Assembly: GCA_001179505.1 (NCBI GenBank)
Contig: CDMY01000859.1
Coordinates: forward strand, 180,046 to 244,045
Origin: Vitrella brassicaformis CCMP3155
Lineage: Eukaryota > Protista > Chromerida
Direction of reading: 5' to 3'
DNA length: 64,000 nucleotides
Below are positions 1-12,400 of the stretch, piece by piece. Made by a program: the position numbers and the translations under genes. Positions within the stretch are counted from its first letter, which is position 1; each line of letters opens with the position of its first letter. The notes under the pieces were generated by a model, which saw nothing but the letters and a program-made list of their open reading frames with translations, searched no databases and was not told the origin of the DNA.

Positions 1-152
1 GCTTCCCGCATCGTGAATTCATTCTTATCGAAGGACAAAAAGCCAGCGAAGGCACGACAAGAGGCAGAAAGATCCTGTAAGATCAGCTGCACGCACTCAC
101 TGGGGAGGCAATGATCAATTAAGTTTTTGTTGTGTTGTGGTGTATCATGCAG

Positions 153-3100
153 ATGGGGCTCGCCTTCTCGTCGTGGTTCTCGTGCGGAGTGACCGATTGT
201 GTGAGGGTATGTATGTGAGACACGCATACACGACTGGACACCCACCCCGTGTGTGTATTGTCTGTCTCATGCAGACGGATCACTGCAAAGGAGACGTAGA
301 CGAGCTGCAGTGGTTCGTTCGCGACCACCTGCCATCGCCCTCGGGGGCGGTCTTCGCCGACACCATTCCCTCGTCCACCGATCCACTGGACCGCGAACTC
401 CTTCTCTTCTCCCTCACGGCCAACACTGCCGCCTTCAGGTGGCTGCTGGACATGGGAGCCAACCCTAATGTGTGCGACAGCAAGGGCAGTTCGTGCCTGC
501 ACGCCGCTGCACGGTCGGGAGGATTGGGCGTCGTACGGGAGCTGGTGCTGAAAGGGGGGCGCGTGGGATAGATGGATGCTGCGGGCTGGACGCCGCTGCA
601 TGTGGCGGTATTCATGGCCAGGAGGAAAGTGGCGGTCTTCCTGATGCAGAATGGAGCGGCCCCTGACGTGTCTGACGTGTAAGCGCGCGCGTGAATTGAT
701 GGGCTGCATGTCATTGGCAATGGTTGTTGGTGACCTGTCTGTCTGTCTGTCTGTCTGTCTTTGGTTTGTGTCAGAATGACTCACCAACACCAAAGTGAGG
801 AACAGCGCTTACACGATTGGCACCTCTGCTGCACATTTGTTGTGTGATGGGGCTCTTCGTTTGTCCCTCCCGCCCTTCAGCCCCCATCGACCTCTGCAGC
901 GATGCAGGCATGATATCCACACAAAGGATACTGAGCGGACATTTCCTCACTTGTGTATGTCTCTGTCTCTGTCCCCTGTCTGTCTGTCTGTCTGTCTGCA
1001 GTCTTGAGGGATGCGCTGAGGAAATATCTGCAGTATGCGCGCAACGGCAACAAGCGGCACATGTTCAACTGGGAGGCGTCAATCGGCACACGTAGGAAGA
1101 TGAGAGTGCAGAGAAAGAAACCACATTAATGGAAGCGCAAGTGCAGCCAGCAACTTCACCAGCTGTCCTTTGTCATCCATCATTGTGCAGTCCGCGATGC
1201 GGGTGGGGCTACACAGTCAGTGACATATGAGCCGTTCTTTGTCCCGAGGTGACCCACAGAGCCTCTCCCTTCCCTGCCTGTTCGTTTAGGCGCGTCATGT
1301 CTCGCTCTGTCTGTCAGGGCCGCTGCGGTGCGATCGCTGGACTCGAACATCAAAAACCGGCTCAGGCAGCTCGGTGTGGTGGGGGAGGGCAGGGTGGCGC
1401 GTAGGTTGACTCTCGTCTCCATCCATGGGAACTAACTCGATATGTGTCCAGGTGTCATCTTCTGCAATGTCAACCCGGGTGTCGGTTTGGCTTTTCTGGT
1501 TGCGACGGGCTGCGTGCGGGACTACCCCGTGGAGCTGGCGCAATTCTTCTTCAAATACGCGGTGAGCATGTGATGGAGAGCGGGTGAATGGGAGATTGAT
1601 TGAGGTCGTTGCCGGTGTCACAGGTGTCACCCGAGGCTTTGGGTCACTTCCTCGGCGAAAACTACAGGTACACGGATGGCTGCCGTAGCTCCCTGTGTTT
1701 CCATTGCTGTCCATTTCCTCGTCTCAGCCTCTCCCAGATTTTGCGGCTTGAGTTCCTCAACCTCCTGTAAGTCAGTGAGTAGCCAGCATGATGCCAGGCA
1801 AACGAGTGTCCATTTGTTCTCCGCTTCAACATACAGGCTTGACCACGAGCCGTCGATGACATTGCCCGAGGTCATCCTGAGCACCTTCACCCGCGTTGCC
1901 GTCCTGCCCGCTTTCCAGGTGGGTGGCCAAGCCATCCATCGCATATCGCACGTGGAGGCCTCATGGGTGCTGGCTGGGACGGCTCGCAGGCACTCGACCG
2001 CATCATTCACGCTCTTGCGCACGTGTGGTGGAGGAAGGAGCGCATGCACACGGCCAAGAACGTACACACACACAGAGGCGGATAGATACGCCTACACAAA
2101 TGTCTGAATGCAGTGCTGGTTGTCTCTCTGTGTGTCAGAGGGAAGAAGGTTCCGCGATGGATGGCCTGACGTTGGGTGCGCTGCAGCTGACGTCGATCGA
2201 CGGCCTCTGCCAGCTGTTGTTCAACTGTGTGATGCTGGCGTGGGCGATGCAGAGGGCCACAGACAGCAGCTGCAGTGAGGACGATGTGCATGTGCCAGAG
2301 GTCGATGTCAACGCATGGGTACGTGAATGAGCAAGACAAAGGCGGAAAGCAAATGAGCACCTTTTCCTTTCATTTCTGTCATTTCTGCAGATGGCGCTGA
2401 ATGCTGGTATGGATGACGGCGATGCCATCCCCTTGGCAACGCAGCAGCGGCTGTATCATGACATTGAGAGCATACACCACCGACTGCAGGTGGGTGACAG
2501 GAAATGCAACCAAACAGACACACCGAAGGAGAGAGAGGACACATACACATACTGAAAGGGCGGAAGGGCGGCCTGTGTGTCTCCTTTGCTGTATCCAGCT
2601 GCCGAAGACCTTCTTTGGCAACTGTCAATCGACTCTTCCCACCTCGCTGGACAACCACACCCAGTCGTACATCGACCGCTGCACCCTCCACAGCAGCACC
2701 ATGCTGGCGCCCAACAACTCACCACTCCCATTTATGGGAGACTCCGTCCGCTCATCCCTGCAGGTGCGGATGGAGTCCTTTGGGGCCAACCACACCCACA
2801 GCGACAGGACACGAGACACGGATACCAATGAGCGCGGGACTGCTCTGCCGTCGTCACGATCGTCAAGTGGGAGACACGTCAGCGCAATGACAGCTGTGGG
2901 GGCCAAGCCGCCCGCCGGCAGGAGAGTGGAGAGAGGGAAGTCTGCACGGGGTGGGGGTGGTCTTCGGGAGCTGACTTTCACGCTTGTCCAGGGGGGTCTG
3001 TTGTTCATGTCGACCTGTGAGCGGTCAGTGGTGCCTGACGCCTTCGTCCACCTGCCCATGGTGGAGGTGGTGGACTGGAAGGAGAGCCAGAGGCTGTTCA

Positions 3101-3340
3101 CTTTGGGAGGGAGACATGGTGCCAACCTTCAGGTGACAGACAACTGAGCCCTTACATCCATAAATAAATGGATCCATACGTGTCGACTGTGGGTTGTGAG
3201 TGGCCATGTTATGTTGGTGGCTGCAGATTGTCTATTTGCTGGAGGATGCGAGGTGGCAGGTGGTGGAGGTGCCCCGTGTGTGCCTCAAGGCGCAGTCAGA
3301 CTGGTCATTCAATACCTGGATGCAACACCTGCACACAGTA
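153..3340 (+). CDS. Multi-exon ankyrin-repeat + Sec7-like + PH-domain protein (ArfGEF-like architecture); in-frame TAG at 569-571; 3' end uncertain
   Basis: Exon 153-206 encodes MGLAFSSWFSCGVTDCVR. The exon from 275 gives ankyrin repeats (GANPNVCDSKGSSCLHAAA; DAAGWTPLHVAVF). Sec7-like exons: CNVNPGVGLAFLVATGCVRDYPVELAQFFFKY (~1450-1560), LPEVILSTFTRVAVLPAFQ|ALDRIIHALAHVWW (1860-2030) and DGLCQLLFNCVML (~2200). PH-like exons: RELTFTLVQGGLLFMS...DAFVHL (~2965-3060) and CLKAQSDWSFNTWMQHL (~3280-3330). GT-AG introns keep the frame at the junctions I checked. Confidence 0.65.
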
Positions 3341-4094
3341 CAGACCAACGACTGACCGATTGACTGTGCATTGTATGTACATCGGCGTTCTCGCGCATGA
3401 TTGTTGCCCAGATGTGATGACTTTTGACGTGTTTGTCAACATCTGTGCCTTCAGAGAATATGTTTGTGTCATGTGCGCACATGACTGACGGTACACACGC
3501 TACGCACCATCGAAGTCATCGATTCATGTCTATCTAAAGTAGCTGCCACTACCACTACACAACGGCCGCACTGACCAACTGGTGGACGCACTGTCGGCTC
3601 GCCCTATCTACAGCAGTGATGTCCACAACTCAGTGGCTCCATCCATCCATCCACACAGACAAACGACACCACACACACACACACACACAGTCCATCCATC
3701 CATCCATTGCTAATAATCCATACAGCACCCTTACACGTGCCATATGGCCTGCCTTACCGGTGTCGGATGCCGGCTGGTGGCCCGCCTCTCCGACAGCAGG
3801 CTGTGCGCGTGTGGATGGGAAGCACTGAGTGATCCTCGGCTGGTGGGCATCTAATGGAGGCGGCACGACCGTTACGATGGCCTCGCCGCCGACCGCAGCT
3901 GGCTCCTCAACCAATCCTGCCGCTGGACAGCAAACGCATCACACACACACAACAAATGCAGCACGCGTGTCCATTTGTCTAGCGTCTGCTGCTGGAACAT
4001 CGTACCACCACTGCCGCCACGGGCAGCAGCACTTGATGGCGATGGCGTCAGGGACGGGAAGTAGTCACGAATTGAAGGCTGCCCACCCGACACA

Positions 4095-6486
4095 CTACAG
4101 ACGGGAATACAACACAGCACAACAAAACAATCTATCGCAGGTGGGTGTCGCCCGTTCTCCATCTGCTTTGCCCCCTTTCACGCACCTGGTCGGTTGGCGC
4201 TTGACGAACTCCATATTGACTTTCGTGTTCTCAAACCATTTGCCGCTGGTGGGCAACTTGACATTGACGTGGAAATCGTAGCCGGTCGGCGCGCGACTTG
4301 TGGGTCGCACCTCGGTGATGGTGTGCGGGAGGAGGCTCGGATGGTTGTAGCCCTCGGATGCATATACGCCAGGTGGGTCCTCAAAGTGGTCAAAGTGGAG
4401 CATCTGGTCCACTGGAGATGGATCGCTCTGAACGAATGGATACAGACGTGAGGGCAGGGCATCACGACCGACCTCATGAGGGCACCTTGCATACCTCCGG
4501 AGGCGGGAAGAGGTTGAAGGTAGAAGAGAGGGTAGTGGAGAAGGCTTTAAGGTAGTTGTGCAAACGACACTGCAGGTCCCGCACTTCCTGCGGCTGCAGC
4601 TCCTCAATAAGGAACGATAGATCTGCCACGCTCACTTGCAGTTCGTCTACCGTGACCTCACCCACATGCGGGTAGCGCCGCCTCCTCTCCCTCTGTGGCG
4701 GCAGCAGGCCACTCTGCACCATCCTCATCACGGGCCCCACCAGCTGCCGCTCTCCCGCGGAGTCGTAGCCCATACTGTCCAGGTGTAGCTGGGGCAGGGT
4801 CCTCTTCTCGTCATGCTGGCTGGTGCCGCATGGGTACCACGCCAGGATCTCTGGGAGCAGCCACACGGCCACCCAAGTCATGGCCAGCTTCTTGCACGAG
4901 GGGAGGGCCCGGAGGGTGCGGGTCAGGTTGTTGGGAGAGGGAGGGGGGCTGCATGTCCTCCAATCGGTGGTGTTGTCGCCGAGGCGATACAGGGTGACAG
5001 CTGACAAGCACAGCATACATTCAAGGATCGTTGATGTCGGCTTATGTGGTGTGTTGCTCACTTTCGACGTTGGGCAGCGCGCCGTCGTTGGCGAGGCAGG
5101 CAGGGATGGACTCAAAGGTGATGTCATCGGCCTCTCCATCACACGGTGACTGGTCGATCTCCAGATCCTTGGCGTCGCTGAACTCCAGCCCCTGCAGACT
5201 CTCGTGCTGTGCGAGCAGCGACGTCCCGTCCTTGGCGATCATCAACCTCAGCCGGTCCCCGCCCCGCACATGGCGCGCCAGGAAGGAAGCGATCTCGTCA
5301 ATCGGCTTGGCCGGCCGTCTCGGCGTGCCGTTTTTCTCCTTCTTGTTGATGTTGTCGAGGCTCTCCGTGCAGTTGATGCAGGTGATGCCGCCACTCCTTG
5401 TCACGGTCCAGCCGTTCTCTCGGCGAAGGAGAGGAGGCGTAGTGGCCGGGGACTCCTCACGCTGTTTGTGGGGCTCGCCAGGACGGTGGGCAGGCTGAGG
5501 TCGATCAGGATGGGCGTTTCGACCACCATGGTGCGCTCCACTCGGTCGTCCCCGTGCCGCTGCTTGATGTCTTTGATGAAGGAGACCACGTCCTCAGACG
5601 CATCCCACCCCGTCTCCGGCCAGCTGTGGTGCCAGTCGTTCAATCCCAATGGCCCGTCCCAGTTGTCGAGGTCTAAGTGAATGTTGCCGACATAGGTCAG
5701 GTTGAGACCCTCCAACTCCCCCAGCATGCTTGGCCACAGGGTATCGACGTCCACGTGCTGGAGCGTGGGATGGCGGCTGCAGAATGACGAGAATGTCGCA
5801 TCCAGGTTGCGGCGGGGGAAGGTGAGTGGTCTCGCCGTGAGGAAGGTCATCTTGGGGCACCACAACTCGAGGCTCTCGAAGATCGAGAAGGCCGCCACGC
5901 TGTTGACGTTGAGGGCCTCCAGTCGTGGCATTGCCTTGTCGTTCGACGGCCCCTCGCCCGGCCTGTCGACGGGCAGCCGGGCCGTCTCCTCGCCAGTCCG
6001 ATGCCGTTTGTCGATCTTGTGCGTGACGTCCACGATGAAGAGCTCCTTCAGCACGGCCGCACGAAGGCTCAGCCGACGCCGACAGAATGCCGCCAGCTGC
6101 CGCAACACGTCCTTGGCGACCTTGTCCATCTCTCTTGGCAGGAGGACGACAGCCTGGCTCACCAGATCACGGTGGCCCTGCACCACGCTGCCATGGTCTG
6201 GATTGGCGAAGTTGACGATGGTGATGAAGGTGTAGATGGCATTGTAGAGGGCGTGGCAGAGAGCGGCCATCCGCCATGTATCCTTCATGGCGAGCATGTC
6301 GATGAGGTGCCAGAAGAGGCCCGGCACACATGCGAGCCGTTGAATGAGGAGGAATGGGGACGGGCTGGGAGGGGCGGGAGGTGGCGGGGTGGGCTTCTGG
6401 CTCGTAAGCTGGCCATCAACGACACCGCCAGCATCTGAAAGAGCCACAAATGAATGCGTCAGTGAGACAAATGCATCATGGACCAC
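4095..6486 (-). CDS. Lineage-specific F-box-like/LRR-like protein; probable frameshift or micro-intron near 5400-5530
   Basis: Long ORF 5401-6486 has an F-box-like start (LIQRLACVPGLFWHLIDMLAMKDTWRMAALCHALY) and leucine-rich segments (MPRLEALNV, CPKMTFLT, HPTLQHVDV). It continues in ORFs 5042-5404, 4474-5142 and 4095-4607, with a GT-AG intron near 5010-5062. Confidence 0.5.
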
Positions 6487-6651
6487 GAGCCCTTCTCTCC
6501 CGGCTCACCATCAGCTGCGGTATTGGTCTCCACTTGACTTTTCTCGAGTCTGCCGTTGAGCCCATGCGAAGCTACACGCAACTCCACGCCCTGCCAAGAA
6601 AGCCAACGATAACAAATCAACAACAGATGATCGACTCACGAAGCATGTGTG

Positions 6652-9362
6652 TCAAGTGTCAAGTACCTGTTGTGGATGCTGCTGCAGGTAATCAGCCAGG
6701 TGATGAAAGGCCGACACGACGACATCCATCTCGTATCCGCTACGATGGCTGCTGAAGGCACCACTGACATCGGACGGCACTCGCCCCAGGTCAAGTGCTT
6801 GTGCGATGCTGTTGAGGTCGGGCGGGGAATCGAAGGGACACACTGGCGGAGGGTGCGACCGTTTGCCGTGGTAGAAGGCGGCCAGCGCCTTGAGTGCATC
6901 GACGTACGAGGAAACTGCAAACACGACACGAATGACAGCACACGCGAGGATGTTGCCAGATGGGGCGCATCCATGTGTGGGTGCGGTGCGCACTTTGTTG
7001 ATTTGCGTCGTCCGTGGTGGTGAGGGCCTGACTGGCCGGCGTGATGGTGTTGATCAGATCTGCCAGCGCCTTGCAGTTGATGTCACGCCCGGTGAACACA
7101 CTTGGACGTATCTCACCGCACTGATGATAAGAAACAGGGAGCAGGAGTCGGTTACTTTGTGTCGTATGTGATGTATTCATCGCTCCCTCTTACCCGGTCG
7201 TGGAGATGGCTGAAATACGCCCTGGTGATTGCATCGAGCTTTTTGCCAACGCCCATGTCTTGCGGACCACCAATGGGTGATGCTACGACCTTTGAGGTGG
7301 CCCACGCCCAGATGATGCAGAGGTCCCGAACGCACTGGCCGATGTCAAACCTGCTCTGATCCACACCGAGCGAACTCACCTGAGTGACAAACAGAGGCAA
7401 TGTTATGGTCCTGGTGCTGCTGCCCTCATACCGTGCTCACCTGTGCCTGTACGTGGTCGTAGAGGGCATCTCGCAGCCGGTTGATGTGGACTACTTCCAA
7501 GGCACCGCTGGCCTGACAAGATGGAAATCAGGAAGAACGGCATCTTTTCTGCCTGCGTGAGTCTGTGTGCGTGTACATTACATGTGTTGTGTGTACCTGC
7601 TGCAGTGTCCGAAGAATATATATATGTGCCGCTGTTGGTCTTACTGCGCGAGCCAGGCTGAGCAGCATGGCGTCGCTGCCAACGCCACACGCCCAATACA
7701 CGCGACACACATGCCTGGCCGCCACACACAATAAGCCACGTCAATTGCACCCTCACTCCGACGTTCTCGGTTGCTTACTGGTTGTTGTACTTCTGCTGTC
7801 GTCGTAAGAATCTGACGATGGCTGCGTTGATGTCCTCAGGTGACGGACACGGCAGGAGCAGCACCACCAGGTCCGGACACCGACGCGCCAACGCGAGTGC
7901 GTAACTCCTGCACATCGACATGCACCCACAGGTCAGGTTTGCCGGCCAGGGAGATCATTGCGTGACGGGCTGGTTCTTCTCTTCTGTTCCGTACCTGACT
8001 CTACCTTCTACTTGTGCACGGCTGTCCGGCTGTTGGCTCGCCGGTTTCTCTGAAGAGGAATGAATCAAGGCAAGGAGAGCCAAGGTCGGCCGTGCAGTGC
8101 GGTGTGTTGTGTGCCTTCTTGCTTTGATCTGTCACCAAATGCGAGGAGAACGAACGACTTTGGCAGCACGGCAGCAACCAACCTGATGTAAGCAATGCGC
8201 AGCATAAGGGCAGCCATGCGATGCGATGCGATGCGTGCATATTTGCAAAGGCGTGATCATCTCCCTCCCTCCCTCCCTGCCTACCTGTCGATTCTGATCT
8301 CCATCTCTCCTATGTGGCCACCCGATGACCCAGCGCCACTCTGCAAAACGGCAAAGACAGCTGCAGAGGCCAGCTGCATTGCCGTGGACACACATGCGCT
8401 TGCCTGTGGCTGGGCCATGTCTTCGATAATGTCCTTGACGTTCACTATCAGCCCATCTGCAGCCGAACGCATTGATCCAACCCTCTCAGCCAGTAGCTCT
8501 GCCACACACAACACAACACAACACAACACAACACAACACAGAGCACACGATGCAGTCCATCCACCCACCCATCGACGAGAGGCGTTGGTATGTGCCCACC
8601 GGTGCAGCCGGGGTATTTGTCCAGCAGCCAGCTGTCGAGGCTCGCACGGCTGCACCTGGTCATCATCACGCCCAAGCTCAGCCACTTGGCAGCGATGGAT
8701 GACGCCTTCACACCACAGATGGCGCGCAACACATGACGTGAACCGAACGGCCTGTGCATTGGGCACACAGACAGACACAAAGACAGGTGTTCGATCTCCT
8801 TTCGGTCCCTCTCGTGCCAGCCATACTTACGTGTCTGATTCGCTGCTGGGGATGAGTGTGTGGTCAGGTGGGTGCGGCAGCAGCACCCTCAGGCCATTGG
8901 CAACGCCGCCATGCTCGAGAAACAACCTCTGCACTCACATCACCGGCACAACAACAACAACAACAACAATGGTGAGATGGCTGAAGGTGCGGGTTCCTCT
9001 CTCTCTTACCACAATTCTGATCACAACCTCCTCGAGCGTCATATGCAGCCCGTCCAGTTGGGCGAAGTGCTCACAGGAGCCCGCGATGCGCCTGATCCAC
9101 AGCCTGCCATCGTGGATGAGGCCGTCCCGAAAGTTCGAGCAAAACGCGTCGTCATCAGACAGCAGCCACCGGATGTGACCTGCGCAGCAATAAATGAAGC
9201 ACAAGCAAGGCCAGATCCACCGTGAGTGAGGTGTGTCTGAGGTGTGTGAGGTCGCATCTTCCCATGGATCTCACCGAGCAGATCTGGGGCTTTTCGAAGT
9301 TTTTCTGACACAGCGGGGCTGATGAGAACCACAGGCAGCGCCAGGCGCTGCGAACCATCCAT
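6652..9362 (-). CDS. Multi-exon hypothetical protein
   Basis: Protein-like exons bounded by GT/AG: MDGSQRLALPVVLISPAVSEKLRKAPDLL, WLLSDDDAFCSNFRDGLIHDGRLW, RHVLRAICGVKASSIAAKWLSLG, ASGALEVVHINRLRDALYDHVQAQ, and a terminal VFAVSSYVDALKALAAFYHG...QQVLDT*. I do not recognise the family. Confidence 0.45.
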
Positions 9363-9439
9363 CGCCACAACCAGCGCCTTCTTTTCTTAGCTCGCGTCTT
9401 CCTGGCCGCAGCGCTTTTTTCTTTGTGTGTAGCGACGTC

Positions 9440-12400
9440 ATGGCAGGGATGGCGCGGTATGAGAGAGAGCCGTTGGCACCTTTGCGTGAGGGTCGGACCT
9501 TCAACAAGGTCCATCGCACTCAGGCCGGCAGCAGCACTCTCCGCGCCAGGATCCTCCAACTCGCTGAGAACGGTAGGTACACACACCATCATGGCAGACG
9601 CACACATCACAATGGGCGGTGGGGCAATCCATCCAGCCGATGGCCTGCCTTTCTGCCGTTCAGACGCGATATTGACGTGGAAGAAGACGCGCCTGGCGCA
9701 GACGCCGCCGTCAACAGGATGGAGTAAGGTGGCACCGATGACCGCACCGCATGGCGCCACAGATCCACCCCTGGATCTGGCTGGATCTACCGTTTTGTCC
9801 ATTGGTTTGCTCTCATTCCCTCCTTGCCTGCAGTCAGCGTCGCGTCGATCGTGGCGGTGCGGCCCGGCAACTCGTGGGTGAGAGCCCAGCAGGAGCAGCA
9901 GGACGCCCCGGCATACGCGGCAGGTCCAGTGGGGAGCAAGAACGACAAGGGCCTCACCATCGAATACGTCGCCGCAGACAGGACACGCACCATCGAAATC
10001 TGCTCTGACGACAGCGTGAGCACACAGAGCGACCACACGAAGCAATCCGCGGAGGTGTTTGGTGTGATGTGGTGTGGTGTGGTGGTCAGAATGCGTTGCG
10101 GGAGTGGGAGGCCGGTCTGAACATCCTCATTCGCAAACACCACGGCAACGCCATACCGCCGCGACCACCACATCCCTCACAAGCACGTAAGAAACGACGA
10201 AGCGATGACTTGCGTAAGACGCACTTCAACCAACACGTTCTGTTGTCATCTCTTTTTGCCAGCCGCCCTGTTTCCCATGGACAGCGTGGCGTCGAGCACC
10301 ATGGACGGGGTCGCCATCGACACACCATACACCCACAACCACCAGCAGCAGCCGTATCCCCACCCTGCGGCGCAGTCCATCCAGCCGCCCATCCCCAAAC
10401 ACCCGGCGGCCAGCACATCGCCGCTGGGCAACGGAGGTGTGCACACAGGGGGCCAGGGAGGGGGAATGGGGAGTGCGGGTGCAGTAGCTGTAGGTCCGGG
10501 TGCAGAGGAGGCCGCTGGTGGGGCGAGTGGGGGTGGTGCGGTTCGTGGGCGTCGTCGCAGTTCGGGCAACGACACCATTGTAATCGTCACGGCCATCAAA
10601 GATTTCGTTTCGGTACGCACGGACGGGGCAAAGAGGAAGGGTCTACGCCACATCGTGTGGAGTGTGTGTTGTGATGTGTGTGTTGTGATGTGTGTGTTTG
10701 GCCACTTAGAGTGATAGCCGTCAGTTGTCGTTTCGCCGTGGCGACCGTATCGATGTGGTGGAGGTGCACCCGTCGGGCTGGTGGGGCGGACGCATCGCAG
10801 ACAAGGTATCTATGGAGGGTGCATGCCACATACATCTCTGGACATCTGCGCACCGCTCTTGTGTGTCTGTATATTTGATGCAGACGGGCTGGTTCCCCCA
10901 TGTGTTCACCAAGAAGCCAGCAGGCTTTGACGACAGCCAATACCTGACGCAACCCCAACAAAACGACGCGTGAGTGAGGACGGGAGATGACATCCACACC
11001 TCAGAGATGGACACACACCACACGCTCCCCGTCTGTGTGTCGCATGCATCCATCTCCCCAGGGCCTCCAGTGGCAGCGGTTCGCGAGTGGTGGGGGTGAC
11101 TGGTGCTGCAGGGACGCCCTGCCGCCAGGATGAGGACAAAGGCGCCGACACGGCTGCATCAGCGCCGCAACAGCAGCAGACCCCTCCAGTATGTGCACAA
11201 CACAAGAGAACACATCTACAGGCGATTCTTGCCATGTGTGTGCTGTCCTTTTGGCCGTTGGTGTTTGTCTCTCCTCAGGTTCGTGCACAGGGGTGTGGCG
11301 GTGCTGGCGGTGGCAGCCCCAGCACGGTGTTCCCCGGTCTGACTGCCAAAGACACCCGCCCCAACCCACTGCAACAGCAACAGCAGCAGGAGCCCAAACA
11401 GGCTGGACAGAAGCCACACCAAACATCAGAAAGGGTACTCTCGCCACTCAACACACTACACACGCACACAGTTCCACCGCCTTTGTGCCTCTCTTCCTCC
11501 TCAGGATGGCGACCATCCCTCTAGTGGCTCCGCTCGCGGCAGCCAGGCCTCCAATGTCTTCACCTTCGCCCCCCGCTCGTCAGCCATCAACCAGGACCAA
11601 CAGCCCGCCCCACACTCACACACACACCCGAGCAGCAGCAAGACCAGCACCGAGCCAGCAGCCCCAGACAAGGAGGGCCGCTCGATGAAGCGCCCCATCG
11701 GCGAGGGCGATGAGGTGCGCGCCAAGCGCCAGTCTGACGGCCGGCGGTCGACCCACCCGCCCCGGCACCTGCTCAACGACGAGGGCCAGGAGGGCCCTGG
11801 GGTGTTGGGTGAGGAGTGGGGGAAGCCCAACCCCGACGCACACGGGGAGTTCTCCGCCAACTTCGAGGCGTCTTCACAGCAAGGGAAAGGGAAGCGCATG
11901 ATGGTGTCTCGTGTGGTCAAGGAGGGGAGGGAGGGCGAGCTGGTGGGCGAGGGGGGTGGGGGTGAGGAGGAGCCGCGGGAGGTGGACGGCATATTCCACT
12001 TCCGGGCTGAGGGGCGCATAGAGAAAGTCGACCTGCACAAGGAGACGGTCAGCGAACAGACGGGGGCATTGTTGTGGTGGACATCTTCGTATCGTTTATT
12101 GTTTGCAGAAGGGGTCTCTCTTTGAGAAGTACAAGTTGCTGGCCAAGGACTACGAGACCAACTCATCTGAAAAAACCGAAAACCTCAAGGCAAGACAGAC
12201 TGAGAGACCCTACCCCCACAGCACAGATCATTCTCTGTATTCTTCTGTGTGTATGCAGGCGTTGAACGAGTTGCGTGAGGGTCTGGGCAGCCGCGACACC
12301 AAGATAGCCGAACTGGAAGCCGAAATCCGAAAGCTACGGTACGCAATCAACAGAGGATGGCCAAACACCATCCACAGACATGTCTGTGATGATGGTATGT

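Noticed and set aside
569-571. Alternative genetic code (TAG reassigned)
   Set aside because: RPF2 terminates at TAG, and long conserved ORFs here show no other in-frame TAG.
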